The position numbers were made by a program, and so were the translations under genes. Under the pieces are notes generated by a model, which made no database searches, was not told the origin of the DNA, and was given only the letters and a program-made list of their open reading frames with translations. Below, in pieces: positions 26,324 to 40,362 of a DNA stretch of 64,000 bases. Each line of letters begins with the position of its first letter. The stretch's first letter is position 1. Source of the stretch: Dictyostelium discoideum (Eukaryota); the NCBI GenBank assembly GCA_000004695.1, contig CM000153.2, forward strand, positions 5,344,001 to 5,408,000. Direction: 5' to 3'.

Positions 26324-28643
26324 TTAAACTAAATCACTAAAGTTTCTGAAAGCAGTAATGATATCTTCATTGAGAGTTGAGAAATGAGCAGTTAAAGTTT
26401 GTTCACCGTCAGTTGGATCTTGGAATTTCATTGAAGTAATTCTGTGAATGATTTCTTTTAATTCATTTTTAATTTGATTCCAAGTAACTTTATTATCAGC
26501 GGTACTTGATTCAACAGCTTTTTGTGCTAAATTGTAGAAAGTCATCATATTCTTTAACATCCAAACGGTCTTGAAGAATGGACAACATTTATCGTATGGA
26601 GAGAAACCATTTTGTTGAAGGAAATCATCACGAATAATACGAGCGACTTCAATGGTAATCTTTTCAGATTCACCTAAAGAATCTTGACCGACCAATTGGA
26701 CGATTTCAGAGAGATCTTCTTCCATTTGAAGAATTTCCTTGGCTCTGGTACGGAGTGGAACGAATTCTGGATCCATTTGATCATAATGAGTATCAAGAGC
26801 TTGCATATATTTGGAGAAAGAAATTAACCAATTGATGGATGGGAAATGTTTACGTTGTGCTAATTTTTTATCTAAACCCCAGAATACTTGGACGATACCT
26901 AAAGTGGCAGCAGTGACTGGATCAGCAAAATCTCCACCTGGGGGAGAGACTGCACCGACAATTGTAACTGAACCAATACGAGTTGGATGACCAATACATG
27001 ATACACGACCAGCTCTTTCATAGAAAGATGCAAGACGAGCACCCAAGTAAGCTGGATAACCAGAATCTGCTGGCATTTCAGCTAAACGACCAGAAATTTC
27101 ACGAAGAGCTTCAGCCCAACGAGAGGTAGAATCAGCCATCATAGCAACATTTAAACCCATATCACGGAAATATTCTGCCAATGTAATACCAGTGTAGATA
27201 GAAGCTTCACGAGCAGCTACTGGCATATTTGAAGTGTTGGCAACTAAACAAGTACGTTGCATAATTGGTTCTTCTTTATCACCGACTTTAGTATGGAGTT
27301 CTGGGAATTCCATAAGTACTTCAGCCATTTCATTACCACGTTCACCACAACCTACGTAAACAATTGCATCAGAGTTGGAGAATTTAGAGAGAGATTGAGA
27401 AATTACAGTCTTACCACAACCAAAAGCACCTGGAATAGCACATGTACCACCTTGTACGCATGGGAAAAGTGAATCAAGTACACGTTGACCAGTTAATAAT
27501 GGATAATTACATGGAAGTTTTTCAATGACTGGACGTGCACTACGTACTGGCCAATTGTGAACCATAGTTAATTGTTTACGTTTACCATCGAATTCAATGG
27601 TTAAAAGTGCATGATCCAAAGTGTATTCACCAGCTGGTGCAATCTCTACGATGGTACCCATTTCCTTTGGTGGAACCATAATCTTATGGATGATTAAATT
27701 ATTTTCAACAACTTGACCAAAAATATCACCACCACTAACATTGTCACCAACTTTTAATTTGGTATCTGGTTGATATGGCCATTTAATAGTTCTATTTAAT
27801 GATGGAGTATTAATACCTCTTGGAATATAAATACCTTTTGTAATCTCTGCAATTGCATTTAATGGACGTTGAATACCATCAAAAATATTATTCATAATAC
27901 CTGGACCTAATTCAACTGTTAATGGTTTATGAGTTCTTAATACTGGATCACCAACAGTTAAACCAGCTTATTAAATAAAAAATTAAAAAATATATATATT
28001 AATATTATTTTATTATTAATATAAATATATATATTATATATTTTATTTTTTTTAATTGTACTTACAAGTTTCTTCGTAAACTTGAATTGTGGCAGTATCT
28101 TCTTCTAATCTAATAATTTCACCAACTAATTGATTGTGACCTACACGAACCAACTCGTACATAGCAGCACCAGCTAATTGATTAGCAATTACGACTGGAC
28201 CTGATACTGATAATACAAAACCTTGTGAATTATCAGCTTCAGTTGAAGCGAATGATGGTAAACCTGAATTTTTTGACTAAATATTATTATTTTTTGGAAA
28301 AAAAAATTATGATTAATATTAAATTATTATTATTATTATTATTAATCTAAACAAACAAAATAAATAATTATTTGGTGTGTGTGTATATATATATTATTGT
28401 GAGTGAATGAATGATCGTAAATTGTGTGAAGTATGTTTTTATTTTTAATTTATGATTTAGCATGCAATGAAAATATAATCAATCATTTGGTTTAAAAAAA
28501 AATTTTAATCATTTGATCTTTATAAATATATTGATATATCATCATTTAATAAAAAAAATTATATTATTTTATTGTTATTTTTAATTTTTCCTTTAAAAGG
28601 AAATTAAATAAAAATATATTTTTTTTTGGTTGGTTCTTACCAT
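26324..28643 (-). CDS. vatA: V-type proton ATPase catalytic subunit A. Predicted exons 28643-28641 (ATG only), 28276-28066 and 27966-26324; 618 codons.
   Basis: The 523-aa ORF has a Walker A motif (GAFGCGKT) and shares its whole length with V-ATPase A ([15 protein letters not shown]…). The upstream exon encodes [70 protein letters not shown], with a GTAAGT donor at 28065 and an …AAG acceptor at 27968-27967 (phase 1, giving …[12 protein letters not shown]). Exon 2 opens directly after TTTAG at 28278-28277 with an in-frame TAG before it. The nearest ATG immediately followed by GTAAGA is at 28643-28641, and the total then equals 1857 nt. That first exon is an inference. Confidence 0.85.
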
Positions 28644-29500
28644 TTTGTATGTTTTATGTTACAAAAAGTTTTATTAAAAATAAAAAAAAAAAAAATAAAA
28701 AAAAAAATAAAATAAAAAAAACTTTGTGAATAAAAAAAAAATTAGATTTTCTGTAAAAAAAAAAAAAAAAAAATTACAAAGAAAAAAAAAAAAAATTTAA
28801 AAAAAAAAAAAAAAATTCTAAACCCTGGTTGGGGAAATAACGAATGAAAAAAAAAAAAAAAAAAAATGGTTTGAGCCTGTAATTGTTGACAAGTTTTATG
28901 ATCGATTTGGAAACTAAACAATTAAACATTTAATTATCTAATTTCCTCTTTTTTTTTTTTTCTTTTTTTTTTTTTTTGGTGAAATTTTGTTTAGAAAAAT
29001 AAAAATATCCTTTTTGTGTGGGCAATAGATTATTTTGAATTGTTTATTTATATTTTTATTTTTTTTATTTTCATTTTTATTTTTATTTTTTTTTTTTTTT
29101 TTGTGGAAATGAAAAAAAAGGTAATAAAAATAAAAATTTTGTGTGTATATATGATATTAAGTTTTAGTTTTTTTAACATACCATTATTTTTTATAGTTTT
29201 TTTTTTTTTTCTTTAAAAAAAATATATATAAATAATAAATAAATAATAATTAAATAATGGGAAAAAAAAAAAAAAACTTTGTTTCTTTTATAACAATGAA
29301 TTTAAAACAATTTTAATTTATGCTTTTTTTTTTTTTTTTTTTAATTTAAAAAAAAAATTTTAAAAAAAAATTTGGAAAATTTTTCCAGCCCGGTTTAATT
29401 TTCCCCCGGGGTTTTTTTTTTTAAATTTAAAATTTTTAAAATTTTTTTTTTTTTTTGAGCGTTTATTTTAAACAGAAAAAATGGTGATTTGACTCTGTTT

Positions 29501-29561
<61 letters not shown>

Positions 29562-29705
29562 AAACAAATTCCAAAACTTTTTTTTTTTTTTTTATAAACT
29601 TTTTTTTTCTTTTTTTTTTTTTTTTTTTTATTTTTATTTTTTTTTTTTATTTCATAATTAAAAATCTTTGAGTTTTGAAGTTAATTATTTATTTTAAACC
29701 AGCCC

Positions 29706-29737
<32 letters not shown>

Positions 29738-29749
29738 TCAATTAATTAA

Positions 29750-29789
<40 letters not shown>

Positions 29790-30000
29790 TTATTTTTTTT
29801 TTCTAAAAATAAAAATATGAATTTTTTAATTATAGAAGTTCGTCGTTAGTTTTTTTTTTTTTTTTAATTTTTTTTTATTTTTTTATTTTTTTTAATTTTT
29901 TTTTTTTTTTTTTTTTTTTAAAAATTTTTTTTATTTTTCGTCAAAATTTTTTTTTTTTTTTTTTTTTTTATTTTTTTTTATATATATAAATTAAAAAAAA

Positions 30001-31464
30001 ATGAATAAAGAAATTTTTAATTCAAAATTATTTGAAAAATTAGATAAAGATAATTTAATTGAAAATTCAAGAGAATGGAGTAATGAAATTGATTCAACAT
30101 GGAATTATAATGATGTTGTTGGAATTTTAAAAAGTTGGGAATCATTAAATACAATTAGTTTAGAATATATTGATTCAATTGTAAATTGTTTAACAGAAAC
30201 TGGTAAAGATATTTTAATTAATGGATCACCAGAAGCAAAATTATATAATATTTTAACAGAACAAGGTATGTCACCAGCTGATGCCAATAAACAATTTGGT
30301 GCAACAGCATTTGGATCAGCCAAAAATAAAGGTTGGATTGAAGTTAAAGCTGGTAAAATCTTTAAAAAAGTTGAATCAATTAATGATATTGTTAAATCTG
30401 ATCTTTCAATTCCAGACCTAAGTAAATTGGATTCGAAAACCTTAGAACAATATAAGAAATCAAGATTTATTGAAGAAAAGAAATTATCATATTATCGTGT
30501 TACCAAAGGTGAACAATATAATAAACGTTCAAAGGAATTATCAGATTTAACAATTGAAATGTTAAAAGATGATTCATGGGAAAAAGAATCATTCAAAGTC
30601 AATATCAATGCAATGGGTGTTGTACCAGAACAAGGTTATCGTCATCCATTGAATAAAGTAAAGAATGAATTTAAACAAATCTTTTTAGATATGGGTTTTG
30701 AAGAGATGCCAACTTTTAATTTCGTAGAGAATGGATTTTGGAATTTCGATGCTCTCTTTCAACCACAACAACATCCAGCTCGTGAACTTCAAGATACATT
30801 TTTCATAAAGGATCCAAAGACAAGTCATGATTTCTCTGATGAATATTGTGAACGTGTTAAACAAGTTCATAGTGTTGGTGGTTATGGTTCATTGGGTTGG
30901 ATTTATGATTGGAAACTTGAAGAAGCTGAAAAGAATATTCTTCGTACTCATACCACTGCTGTTAGTGCTCGTATGTTATATAAATTGGCTCAAAATGGTT
31001 TTAAACCAAAGAAATACTTTTCAATTGATCGTGTTTTCCGTAATGAAACTTTGGATGCAACTCATTTAGCCGAATTTCATCAAGTCGAAGGTGTTATTGC
31101 TGATGTTGACATTTCTTTAGGTCATTTAATTGGTGTTATCTCGGAATTCTTTAAACGTCTTGGTATTGATAATGTTCGTTTTAAACCAGCTTTCAATCCA
31201 TATACTGAACCATCAATGGAGATTTTCGGTTATCATCCAATTCTTAAACGTTGGGTTGAATTGGGTAATTCTGGTATCTTTAGACCTGAACTTTTATTAC
31301 CAATGGGTATTCCTGAAAATGTTAGAGTTGCTGCTTGGGGTTTATCACTTGAACGTCCAACTATGATTAAATATGGTTTAGATAATATTCGTGCAATCTT
31401 TGGTAATAGTATTAATGTAAACTTTATTAAAAATAATCCAATTTGTATGTTTGAATCAAAATAA
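30001..31464 (+). CDS. phesA: Phenylalanine--tRNA ligase alpha subunit (cytoplasmic), single exon, 487 aa
   Basis: The class II aaRS core (FQPQQHPARELQDTFF, …THTTAVSARMLY…, FRNETLDATHLAEFHQVEG, ELGNSGIFRPELL…GLSLERPTMIKYGLDNIR) is typical of PheRS alpha. Confidence 0.9.
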   Translation: MNKEIFNSKLFEKLDKDNLIENSREWSNEIDSTWNYNDVVGILKSWESLNTISLEYIDSIVNCLTETGKDILINGSPEAKLYNILTEQGMSPADANKQFGATAFGSAKNKGWIEVKAGKIFKKVESINDIVKSDLSIPDLSKLDSKTLEQYKKSRFIEEKKLSYYRVTKGEQYNKRSKELSDLTIEMLKDDSWEKESFKVNINAMGVVPEQGYRHPLNKVKNEFKQIFLDMGFEEMPTFNFVENGFWNFDALFQPQQHPARELQDTFFIKDPKTSHDFSDEYCERVKQVHSVGGYGSLGWIYDWKLEEAEKNILRTHTTAVSARMLYKLAQNGFKPKKYFSIDRVFRNETLDATHLAEFHQVEGVIADVDISLGHLIGVISEFFKRLGIDNVRFKPAFNPYTEPSMEIFGYHPILKRWVELGNSGIFRPELLLPMGIPENVRVAAWGLSLERPTMIKYGLDNIRAIFGNSINVNFIKNNPICMFESK

Positions 31465-31778
31465 AAAAAAAAAAAAAAATAAAAAAAAAAAAAATAAAAT
31501 AATTAATTTATTATTATTATTTAAAATAAAAAAATAAAATTAAATAAAATTAAATTAAATAAAATAAATTTTAAAAAATATTTAAATAATTTATTTTTCA
31601 AAATTTTTTTGATTATTTTTTTTTTTTTTTTTTTTGAAATACAATTTTATATCTAAAATTTGATGGTTTTTATTTTTTTTTAAAAATAATATTATTAGAT
31701 TTAAAGTTTTTTAAGCGAAAAATGAAATTATTAACCCCACCAATTAAAAAGATTTTTATAATTTTATTTCGAATTCTA

Positions 31779-31821
<43 letters not shown>

Positions 31822-32443
31822 ATTTTCCTTTTAAAAAACTCAAATATCCAATAATATGGTTGTTTTAATAAAAAAAAAAAAAAAAAAAAAAAATGAAAAT
31901 ATCTGATTTGGATTATTTTAATCTGATACTATCTTTAATAGTATTTTCTTTAAAATCGTAGCTTGAAATATATTATAATCAATTGAAATGTTTGGTGTTT
32001 TTGTAAACGAAAAAAAAAAAATAAAATAAAAAATGAAAATCCGCTTTCTTCTTCGAATTAGGGTGCTTTTGAATAAAAATAAAATGATAATAAGTATATC
32101 AATAAGAAGTAAAAAATGCAATTGCATTATCCAATTCAAAATTAGATTGGGGGTGGCTTATATGAGAAATTGAGCAGTTCTATGGAAGGAAGACCTAATG
32201 GTTTAAGATTAGCTTCAACCATATGTTCGAATCCAAACTTAAAAAAAAATAAGTGACAGTATCAAAAAAAAAAAAAACTGTACCCCAAGTTTTTCTATTT
32301 TTGTAAAAAAAAAAAAACACTACTCCCACATTGTTGTTCTACTTTTTGATTTCCAAAAAAAAACATCACAAAATACCCACAGTTTTTTCTATTTTTTGAT
32401 TTTCAAAAAAAAAAAAACAACACAAAACACCAAAATACCTTTT

Positions 32444-32479
<36 letters not shown>

Positions 32480-32600
32480 TAAATAATAATAAAAGTTTTA
32501 ATATATATATTTTTTTATTACAAACATTAAAAACATTATCTCACAAACACACACACACACATATATATATATATTTATATTTATATTTACAACTTAAGTA

Positions 32601-33009
32601 ATGAAAGGAAGAACTTCTTTTAAGTGCCCACATTTAGATCTTTCTGTTGAAGAAGCTGAGGAAAATAATTATAAATACATGTGGATATTAACAGATCCAG
32701 ATGAATTTCCAATGTTTCAACCTAGTGTATGTACAGCCGACTGTAAAGAAAAAAATGGTAAAAATAATTGACATGATCCTTTTTAAACATTATAAATTCT
32801 CAAGAGATTACTTTGAAGATTGTAAAATGGTTTTTGGTCGTGGTGTAAAGGGTATGTGGCTACATGAATATACCGATTTTATTAAAGATAATGAATTTAA
32901 TGAAAGAACTGAATTATTAACAAATCTTCAGTATATAAATGGAAAAGTTGTTAGATTTTGTGATGTTCCAAAAGATAATGATGAAATTGGAAAAGAAAAA
33001 AACAAATAA
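32601..33009 (+). CDS. Small hypothetical protein encoded in two frames (32601-32771 and 32701-33009); possibly joined by a very short intron (32758-32806, 49 nt) or frameshifted
   Basis: Frame A gives MKGRTSFKCPHLDLSVEEAEENNYKYMWILTDPDEFPMFQPSVCTADCKEKNG. Frame B gives …DYFEDCKMVFGRGVKGMWLHEYTDFIKDNEFNERTELLTNLQYINGKVVRFCDVPKDNDEIGKEKNK. Both are compositionally normal. A GTAAAA donor at 32758 and an AG at 32805-32806 would join them in frame through a D codon. Confidence 0.3.
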
Positions 33010-35410
33010 AACCATCAACTATTTTTGTTTTTTAAATAAAAAAAATAAATAATTATAATAAATAATAAAAAAATCATTGAAATCTAATTTATTTTAAAAA
33101 TTTTTATTTTATTTTTTTTCATTTAATTTTTTTTTTTTTTTCAGTATAAATAAATTATATTTACATAATACCACTATTACACCATTACTACTACTACTAC
33201 AACTACCAACTCATACTGGCAATATATTAATATTCAATTAATTAATTACTTTTTTAGTTTTAAATTTTGGAAAAAACAAATAAATTATTTAAATTTTTTT
33301 TTTTTTTTTCAAATTTAAATAAAACAACCAAACTTCAATCTTGATTAATTTTAATTATAAAAAAATAGTAAATTATAATTATAAAAAAGTAATAAATTTA
33401 TGAGAAAATTTTAAGTTTTTAAAAAAAAAAAAAAAAAAAAAAAAGAGTTTGTATTAAAATGAAAAGAACTCACTTTACTGTTAGATAATATTTTTTTTTT
33501 TTTTAAATATATTCTTTCTATTTTTTACAATTTAATAAAAGATTTATAATAAAAATAAAAAGCAGAAATAATTATTTTATATTAAATTTTATTTTATTTT
33601 TACCTATTAAATGTTCGGAATAGGTAAACCTTTAATTTTAATTTTAATTTTATTTTTTTTCTTTCCTTTCTTTCTTTTAATTTTATTGACTATAACTATC
33701 CCACCATCTAATCCACCAACGTAATTGTGGACTTCTGTTTGATATCAATATATCAAAACCTTCTGAAATTGTATTATCAAATTGAAATTTATTATTATTA
33801 TTATTATAATAATTACTATTTAAATTTATCATCGATGGACTATTACTATTAGATTTTTTAAAATTAATTGAAGTTATTGATTCTAATATTAGAATTTTAA
33901 AATTTTAAAAGATTAATATATTTTGAATTTAAAATAATAAGTTTATATTTAACTTTTTGTATTTTTTTTCTTTTTTCTTTTTTCCTTTTTTTATTTAGGA
34001 GAAATTCAAATTTAAAATTATTTAACTTACTTATTAATGTCATTTTATTTTACTTGGATATTTTAAACTAACTGCTTTATTCAGTTTTTATGTTTTTGTT
34101 TTTTTTTTTTTTTTTTTTTTTTATATACTGATTTTTAAAATAAAATTCTAGAATAATAAATTTAAAATTTTCATTAAAATAAAATTTTGTTAATTATTTT
34201 ATCGGAATTTCAAATTGACAAAAAGAATTTTTTAAAAATACAAACCAAAAATAGATTTTATTGGTTATTATTAAAAAAAAAAAAAAAAAATAATTATCTT
34301 ATTGCTTTCTAAACCCTTAGTGTGGTGCAAAAAAAAAAATTTAAATATATTGGATTTTTTGGTTTAATTTAAAATCTAAATGTGTTTAAATTTAAATTTA
34401 AAATTTTATTTATCTTGATTTTAAAAAAAAAAAAAATATCAAGATTAAAAAAAAAAAAATAAAAATAAAAAAAGAAAGAACGAAAAAAAAAAAGATTTTA
34501 AACTTCAATTATTTATTTTAATTATTTTATTAATAAAAATTATTCTTTTTATTTTTTAATTATTTTTTTTTTTTTTTTTTTTTTAAAATACTCCTAAAAA
34601 TAGACTAATGTAAAATAATTTTAATTTTATTTTTTTTTCAAATAAAAAATTTAATGTTAAAAATAAATGCTGAAAATTTTATAATTTTATTAATTGGTAT
34701 TAACACCACTACCATTATCATAAAAACCAATATTTTTTTAATTTTTACAAAAAAAAAAAATTAAAAAAATATCCCACAGAATCATATTCTGAATATTAAA
34801 ATTCCCAAATATATATAAAAAAAATAAGATTCTCACAATATTTTCAATGATATAATTTCAATCTAATATCTAGTTTTTGAAATATCTATTATTTGAAAAA
34901 TATTTATATAAAATTAAATATTATATATTTAATTTAATTAAATAAAATAAAATACATTTTAAAACAACCTACCCCTTTTTTTTTTTTTTTTTTAAACTAA
35001 AAATTTTAATTAAAAATTAAAGAGTGGTGATTTTTTTTTTTTTTTTTTTGGTATGTGAATATTATTAATTATCACCATTTAATTTATAATACTGGTGAGT
35101 TGAAATATCTAAACACCCCAATAGTTTACTATTCCCCCCCTTTAATTTTCTCTTTATAATTTAGTAAAAAGTGAAATTGAAAAAAAAAGAAAATTATATA
35201 TATCTAATTTTATGGTATGAATATCCTATATAAGATGATTAAAAAAAAAAAAAATTGATTATTTAATTATTTTGAATTTTTAATAATTTTTATTATTTAA
35301 TTACTATTTAAAAAATCTTATTTCCTTTTGTTATAATTTTTTTATAAATGTATTTTTCAAATATATTTAACCATTGATGATCATTTTTTAATTTAACAAT
35401 TTCAAATTTA

Positions 35411-35450
<40 letters not shown>

Positions 35451-35641
35451 TTACCAAAACATTGAGATAAGAAATAATAATAATAATAGGAGGTTATATT
35501 TATTAACCAATTTCACTTTAATTGTATCTTGCTTTTTTCCTAATTAAAAAAATAAAAAATAAAAAAATTTTTTAAAAAAAAAAAAAAAAAAAAAAAATTT
35601 TATTTATAAATATAATCAATAAGGAGGGAATTAATTAAAGA

Positions 35642-35675
<34 letters not shown>

Positions 35676-35966
35676 ATAATATATAATTAAAAGAACAAAG
35701 ATTATCTAAAATAAAATTGATAATTAAATATTATTAAAAATATAAATACTCTTTAATTTAAAAAGTTTATTATTTTCATTTCCCAACATTTTAATTAAAA
35801 ATGAATTTAATTTCTTTTTTTTTTTTTTTTTTTTTTACCTCTTTAATTTGATTTATAAAGGAGAATTACCTACTTTTACTTTTTATTATTTTTTTTTTGT
35901 TTTTTTTTTTTATTTTTTTTTTTTATTTTTATTTTTTATTTTTTTTTTTTATATTATTTAATTAAA

Positions 35967-37914
35967 TTAAAAAGCTTCATCTTCATCAATATCTTCATCA
36001 TCTTCATCATCTTGATCAATTTCTTCTTGTTCATCATCGTCATCTTCATCATCATCATCTTGCACTTGTTTAGATGAAGTTGAAACAATACCAAATTTCT
36101 TTTTAAGTTTTTTATTTTGTTTTTTCAATTGTTTATTACTTTGTGGATTGAATTGATCATTTTCATCTTTAAGATTTTGAGATTTTGATTTAATTTGAGC
36201 AACTTGTTTAGCTGTTGCTTTAACCACTTGTTTTTGTTGTTGATATTTAAGTAATGCTTCAGAATCTGAATCTTCTTCCATTTCATCTTCATCTTCTTCA
36301 TCTTCTTCATCTTCTTCATCTTCTTCATCTTCCATTTCTTCCTCTTCTTCTTCATCATCATCTTCATCTTCATCTTCCATTTCTTCTTCATCTTCTTCAT
36401 CATCATCATCAAATAATGAATTATCTAATTCTTGTTGTTTTGGTTCTAAATATTTTAAAGAAGCAAATGAAGTATTTTGATTTGAAACAGTTGAAATTAA
36501 ATCAGATTGATCAATATTTAATTCATCAGAGAATTGTGAAAGTAAAGTTGATTTAACTAAAACTTTTGGTGGTTGAGTATAGAAAGGAATTTTACCACCA
36601 GTCCAATCACGAATGACACTAATGGCGGTAGAACGTAAATCAGCGATACCACCTTTAACGATTTTCTTACGTTTAGCAGCAACTTGAGTTAAGAAATCAG
36701 TGGTTGATTGATATTGAGCGATTTCATAGATATCTAAAATTTGTTTTTGAGAACAACGTGAAAGGATAGCATCAACTGGTGCGATTGGATCTAAAACTTT
36801 CTCCAATTTGACAACATTACGAAGAATGATATTCTCATCGACATTTCCTTTAATTGGTACGATACCTGGTGAATCCAATAGCTTGACATTCTTATCCAAA
36901 TGAACCTCTTGAGCAAACTTTGTGAAACCAGGAGTTGCACCAACACCAACGGAACGAGTACGTTTCAAAGAGTTGATTAAAGATGATTTACCAACATTTG
37001 GATAACCAATGATACCAACGGTTACCGAAGTTTTAATATTAAGTGAACGACTATAGTTTTTTAATAGTTGAAGTAATTGTTCGGCACCTAAACTCTCAGT
37101 ACTATTCAACATATCATTTGAGGCCAACTCTGGTTGAATACCACCTTGTTGACCAAGATTACGCTTTTGTTGTTGTGTTGAACATTTGAATGCCAAAGTT
37201 GGGTAGAAATTACGTAAATATTTCAACCACATCAATACATTTTCACGTGGTACCAAATCAATCTTATTCAAAATCAATACAATCTTTTTATTTGTATAAC
37301 GTTCTAATATCATTTTCTCAATCTCTAAACAACGACAACCCATTGGATCACGAGCATCCAATACTTGGAGAATGACATCACCAGCCTCGATCACCTTTTT
37401 AACCTCTCTATAAAATTGTTTCAATGATGAATCTTTACCTTCCTTTTCAAATTTACCTTGTTGTTTTTGTTGTTGTTTCAATTGTTGACGTTCTTGAAAT
37501 TCAGATTCACGACGTTTTGCATCGGCTGCCATCGATGCAATATCTCTTCTTGCTTCTGCCATTTGTTCCAATCTTCTCTTTTCTTTTTTATTCTTTTTCT
37601 CTTCTGATGCTTTTTGTTTTTGTTGTTCAATCTTATTTAACATATCCTCTTTAAATGGCCATAAATTTGGAATACCTGGATCTTTTCTACTTTTATTTAA
37701 TTCTGGGTGTTGTTTTGCAAATCTTTTAACTTTACGATGATGTTCTGCTACTTTTTTTAAAACTTTATGTTTATGATGTAAACTTTGACGTTTACTTGCA
37801 GTTTCTTTTTAATTATTATTAAAAAATAAAAAAAAATAAAAAAATTATTAATAAAAATAAATAAAATAAAAAATTTTATATAATAATTTTTTATTAATAT
37901 TTACGTTTTCCCAT
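35967..37914 (-). CDS. gnl3: Guanine nucleotide-binding protein-like 3 (nucleostemin / GNL3 family) circularly permuted GTPase. Exons 37914-37905 (ATG GGA AAA C) and 37804-35967.
   Basis: G4 (NKIDL) precedes G1 (GYPNVGKSS), then DSPGI. The N-terminal basic region [52 protein letters not shown] matches GNL3 (KRYKIQKKVREHHRKLRKEAKK…RKDPGVPNSAPFKEAL). The C-terminus is an acidic (D/E)n tail. The ORF is closed by an in-frame TAA just upstream of the acceptor AG at 37806-37805. The ATG + GTAAAT mini-exon at 37914 is inferred; 1 + 1838 nt closes the frame. Confidence 0.8.
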
Positions 37915-38046
37915 TTTTTTTTTAAGTTTATAATTTATATATATAAAAATATTATATATATAAAAAGAAATATTTGATTTGTAAAAAATAAATTAGAAAA
38001 AAAAAAAAAAAAAAAAAAACCGATTATAAAAAAAAAAAAATTTGTC

Positions 38047-38078
<32 letters not shown>

Positions 38079-38188
38079 CTTCCAAATTTTATTTTTATTT
38101 TATTTTTATTTTTTATTTTTTTTTTTTTTGACTCGTTTTTTATACAATTTTTTATTTTTAGTTTTTTTTTTTTTTAATTTTTTAAATT

Positions 38189-39827
38189 TTAATTTTCTAA
38201 ATTATCAGATGGAATATTAATTAAATTTATTAATTTTAAACCAATACACCTAATTTTTTCAAATGATATATTTTCAGTTGTATTTATAAATAATTTCCAA
38301 ATTTTTTCAGAATGTTCATTAAAATTATTTGGATAAATAAAAGTTTTCTTTAATTTACATGGTGATTGTTTTGATGAAGATGATGATGATGAAGAAGATG
38401 ACGAAATTGATGGCGAAGATGGTGGTGAATCTAAATAATAACTATCAATTTCTTCTTCTTTTGTAATACATTCTTTTTCCTCTGTTGATATATCATCATC
38501 ATTATTATTATTTGTTGATGTTGTAATTATTGGTATAGTTGATATTGAATTTATTTGTAATGATGATGATGATGATGATGATGTTGTTGTTGTTGAAATT
38601 AATTGATAAGAATAATTTATAACTTTAAAACTAAAATCTTGAACTTTTACAATTAAAGTTGTTGCATATTTATTTTCAATATTTAACATTTCAATTGCTT
38701 TATCAAATAATGATTTCATTAAATCTTCTAAATCTTTTTCATCATATAATTCTTTACAATTTTTTTCTTTACTAATCATAGTTTTCTTTTTATTTATTCT
38801 AAATGATGATTTATTTGGAAAAATGGGTATTGCTAATGCATGTTTAAATAGTAACTCTCTTTGTTCAGGTAAAAGATAATAAAGTTCATATCTATGTTCA
38901 ATAATATCCGATACAAATTCTAGACCCAATGTTTTCAATAACTCTTGTCTAACTTTACCAATACCAGGTAATTTTTTAATTTGAATTGTTTTTATAAATT
39001 CTTGACTATATTGTTTATCTAAATAGAAATATCCATTTGGTTTATTAATTTCACTTGATATCTTTGATAATAATGGTGAACAAGATATACCCATACTACA
39101 TGTTAATGTTGTCTTTTCAAATATATCATTTTGTAATTGATTTGCAACATCAATACCTGTTAAATTTTCATTATCTTTTAAATATTCTGTTATATCAATA
39201 CATCCTTCATCTAATGATGGTGACTTTTTTAAAGAAAAAAAAAAAAAAAAAATAAAAATATTAATATTATTATTTTAAAATTTTAAAAAAATATATATAT
39301 ATACATACAACATAATTTTTATCAAATTTATATAAAATATTTCTAATTATTAAACTAACTTCTCTATATCTATCCATACGTGATGGTAAAATGATTAAAT
39401 GAGGACATAATTTCATTGCTAATAGGCCTGGTAAACCTGAACGTACACCATAGGCTCTTGCTGCATAATTTGAAGTTACTAACATATCAATTGAACCAAC
39501 TGCAACAGGATGACCAATTAATTCTTTATTATCCATTTCTTCAACATTTGCATAGAATGCATCCATATCTATATGAATGAATGTACGTGATTGATCGATT
39601 TTTGAGGTTAATTCTGTTAGATAACTATCAACTTTCTCTTGATATTCTTCAGTATCTGGTATTTCATTCAATTTACTTAAAATTCCTTCTATATATTCTC
39701 TTGTTCTTTTTGAATCCCTTTCTAATTTCTCTTGAAAATGTGTGCCAACTGAAAATTGTTTTAACATTGAATTTATTGATTCAATATCAACTTTTTCCAT
39801 ACCTGCTTTAAATTCTAATGAATTCAT
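38189..39827 (-). CDS. DNA polymerase kappa (Y-family, DinB-like). Exons 39827-39309 and 39223-38189; ~517 aa.
   Basis: IHIDMDAFYANVE (compare Pol kappa IVHVDMDCFFAAVE), DRYREVS…LYKFDKNYV…SLDEGCIDITEY (compare DKYRAVS…ILADYDPNF…SLDEAYLNITKH), and the helix-hairpin-helix region KKLPGIGKVRQELLKTLGL. A GTATGT donor lies at 39308 and the acceptor AG at 39225-39224; 519 + 1035 nt are both in frame. The C-terminus is Ser-rich and low-complexity. Confidence 0.85.
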
Positions 39828-40001
39828 TTTATTTTTTTTATTTTTTTTTTATTTTTTTTTTTTTTTAATTATACAAATCTTATTATTAATTCTTTTTTAT
39901 TTTTTACATATATTATAAATGATAAAAAAATAAAAAATTAAAAAAATTTAAAAAATTAAAAAAAAAAAACAAAAAGAAAATAGAAAAATAAACTAAAAAT
40001 T

Positions 40002-40036
<35 letters not shown>

Positions 40037-40362
40037 ATAATTTGTTTTTTTTTAGGAAATTGATAATTTCAAAATAATTTTTTGAAAAATATCTTTTTTT
40101 TTTTTTTAATTTTTCTGATCATTTTGGATATGCTTGTACTTAAGTAATAGACTATTTTTTTTTTTTTTTTAATTTAAAATTCTATTAATAAAACTTATCC
40201 TTAAAAGTTTGTTTTAACAAAATAAAAAAAAAATAAAAAAAATAAATATAGAAAAAATATTAAAAAATAATAAAAAAATAATAAAAAAATAAAAAAAATA
40301 AAAGTTACATAAAGAAACAAAATATTTGATTTTATTTTATTATTATATATTTTTTTTTTTTT

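Noticed and set aside
33700-33860. Possible minus-strand terminal exon encoding …FDILISNRSPQLRWWIRWWDSYSQ*
   Set aside because: It is an open frame of only ~60 codons, mostly poly-Asn, with no identifiable upstream exons. This is insufficient evidence to call a gene.
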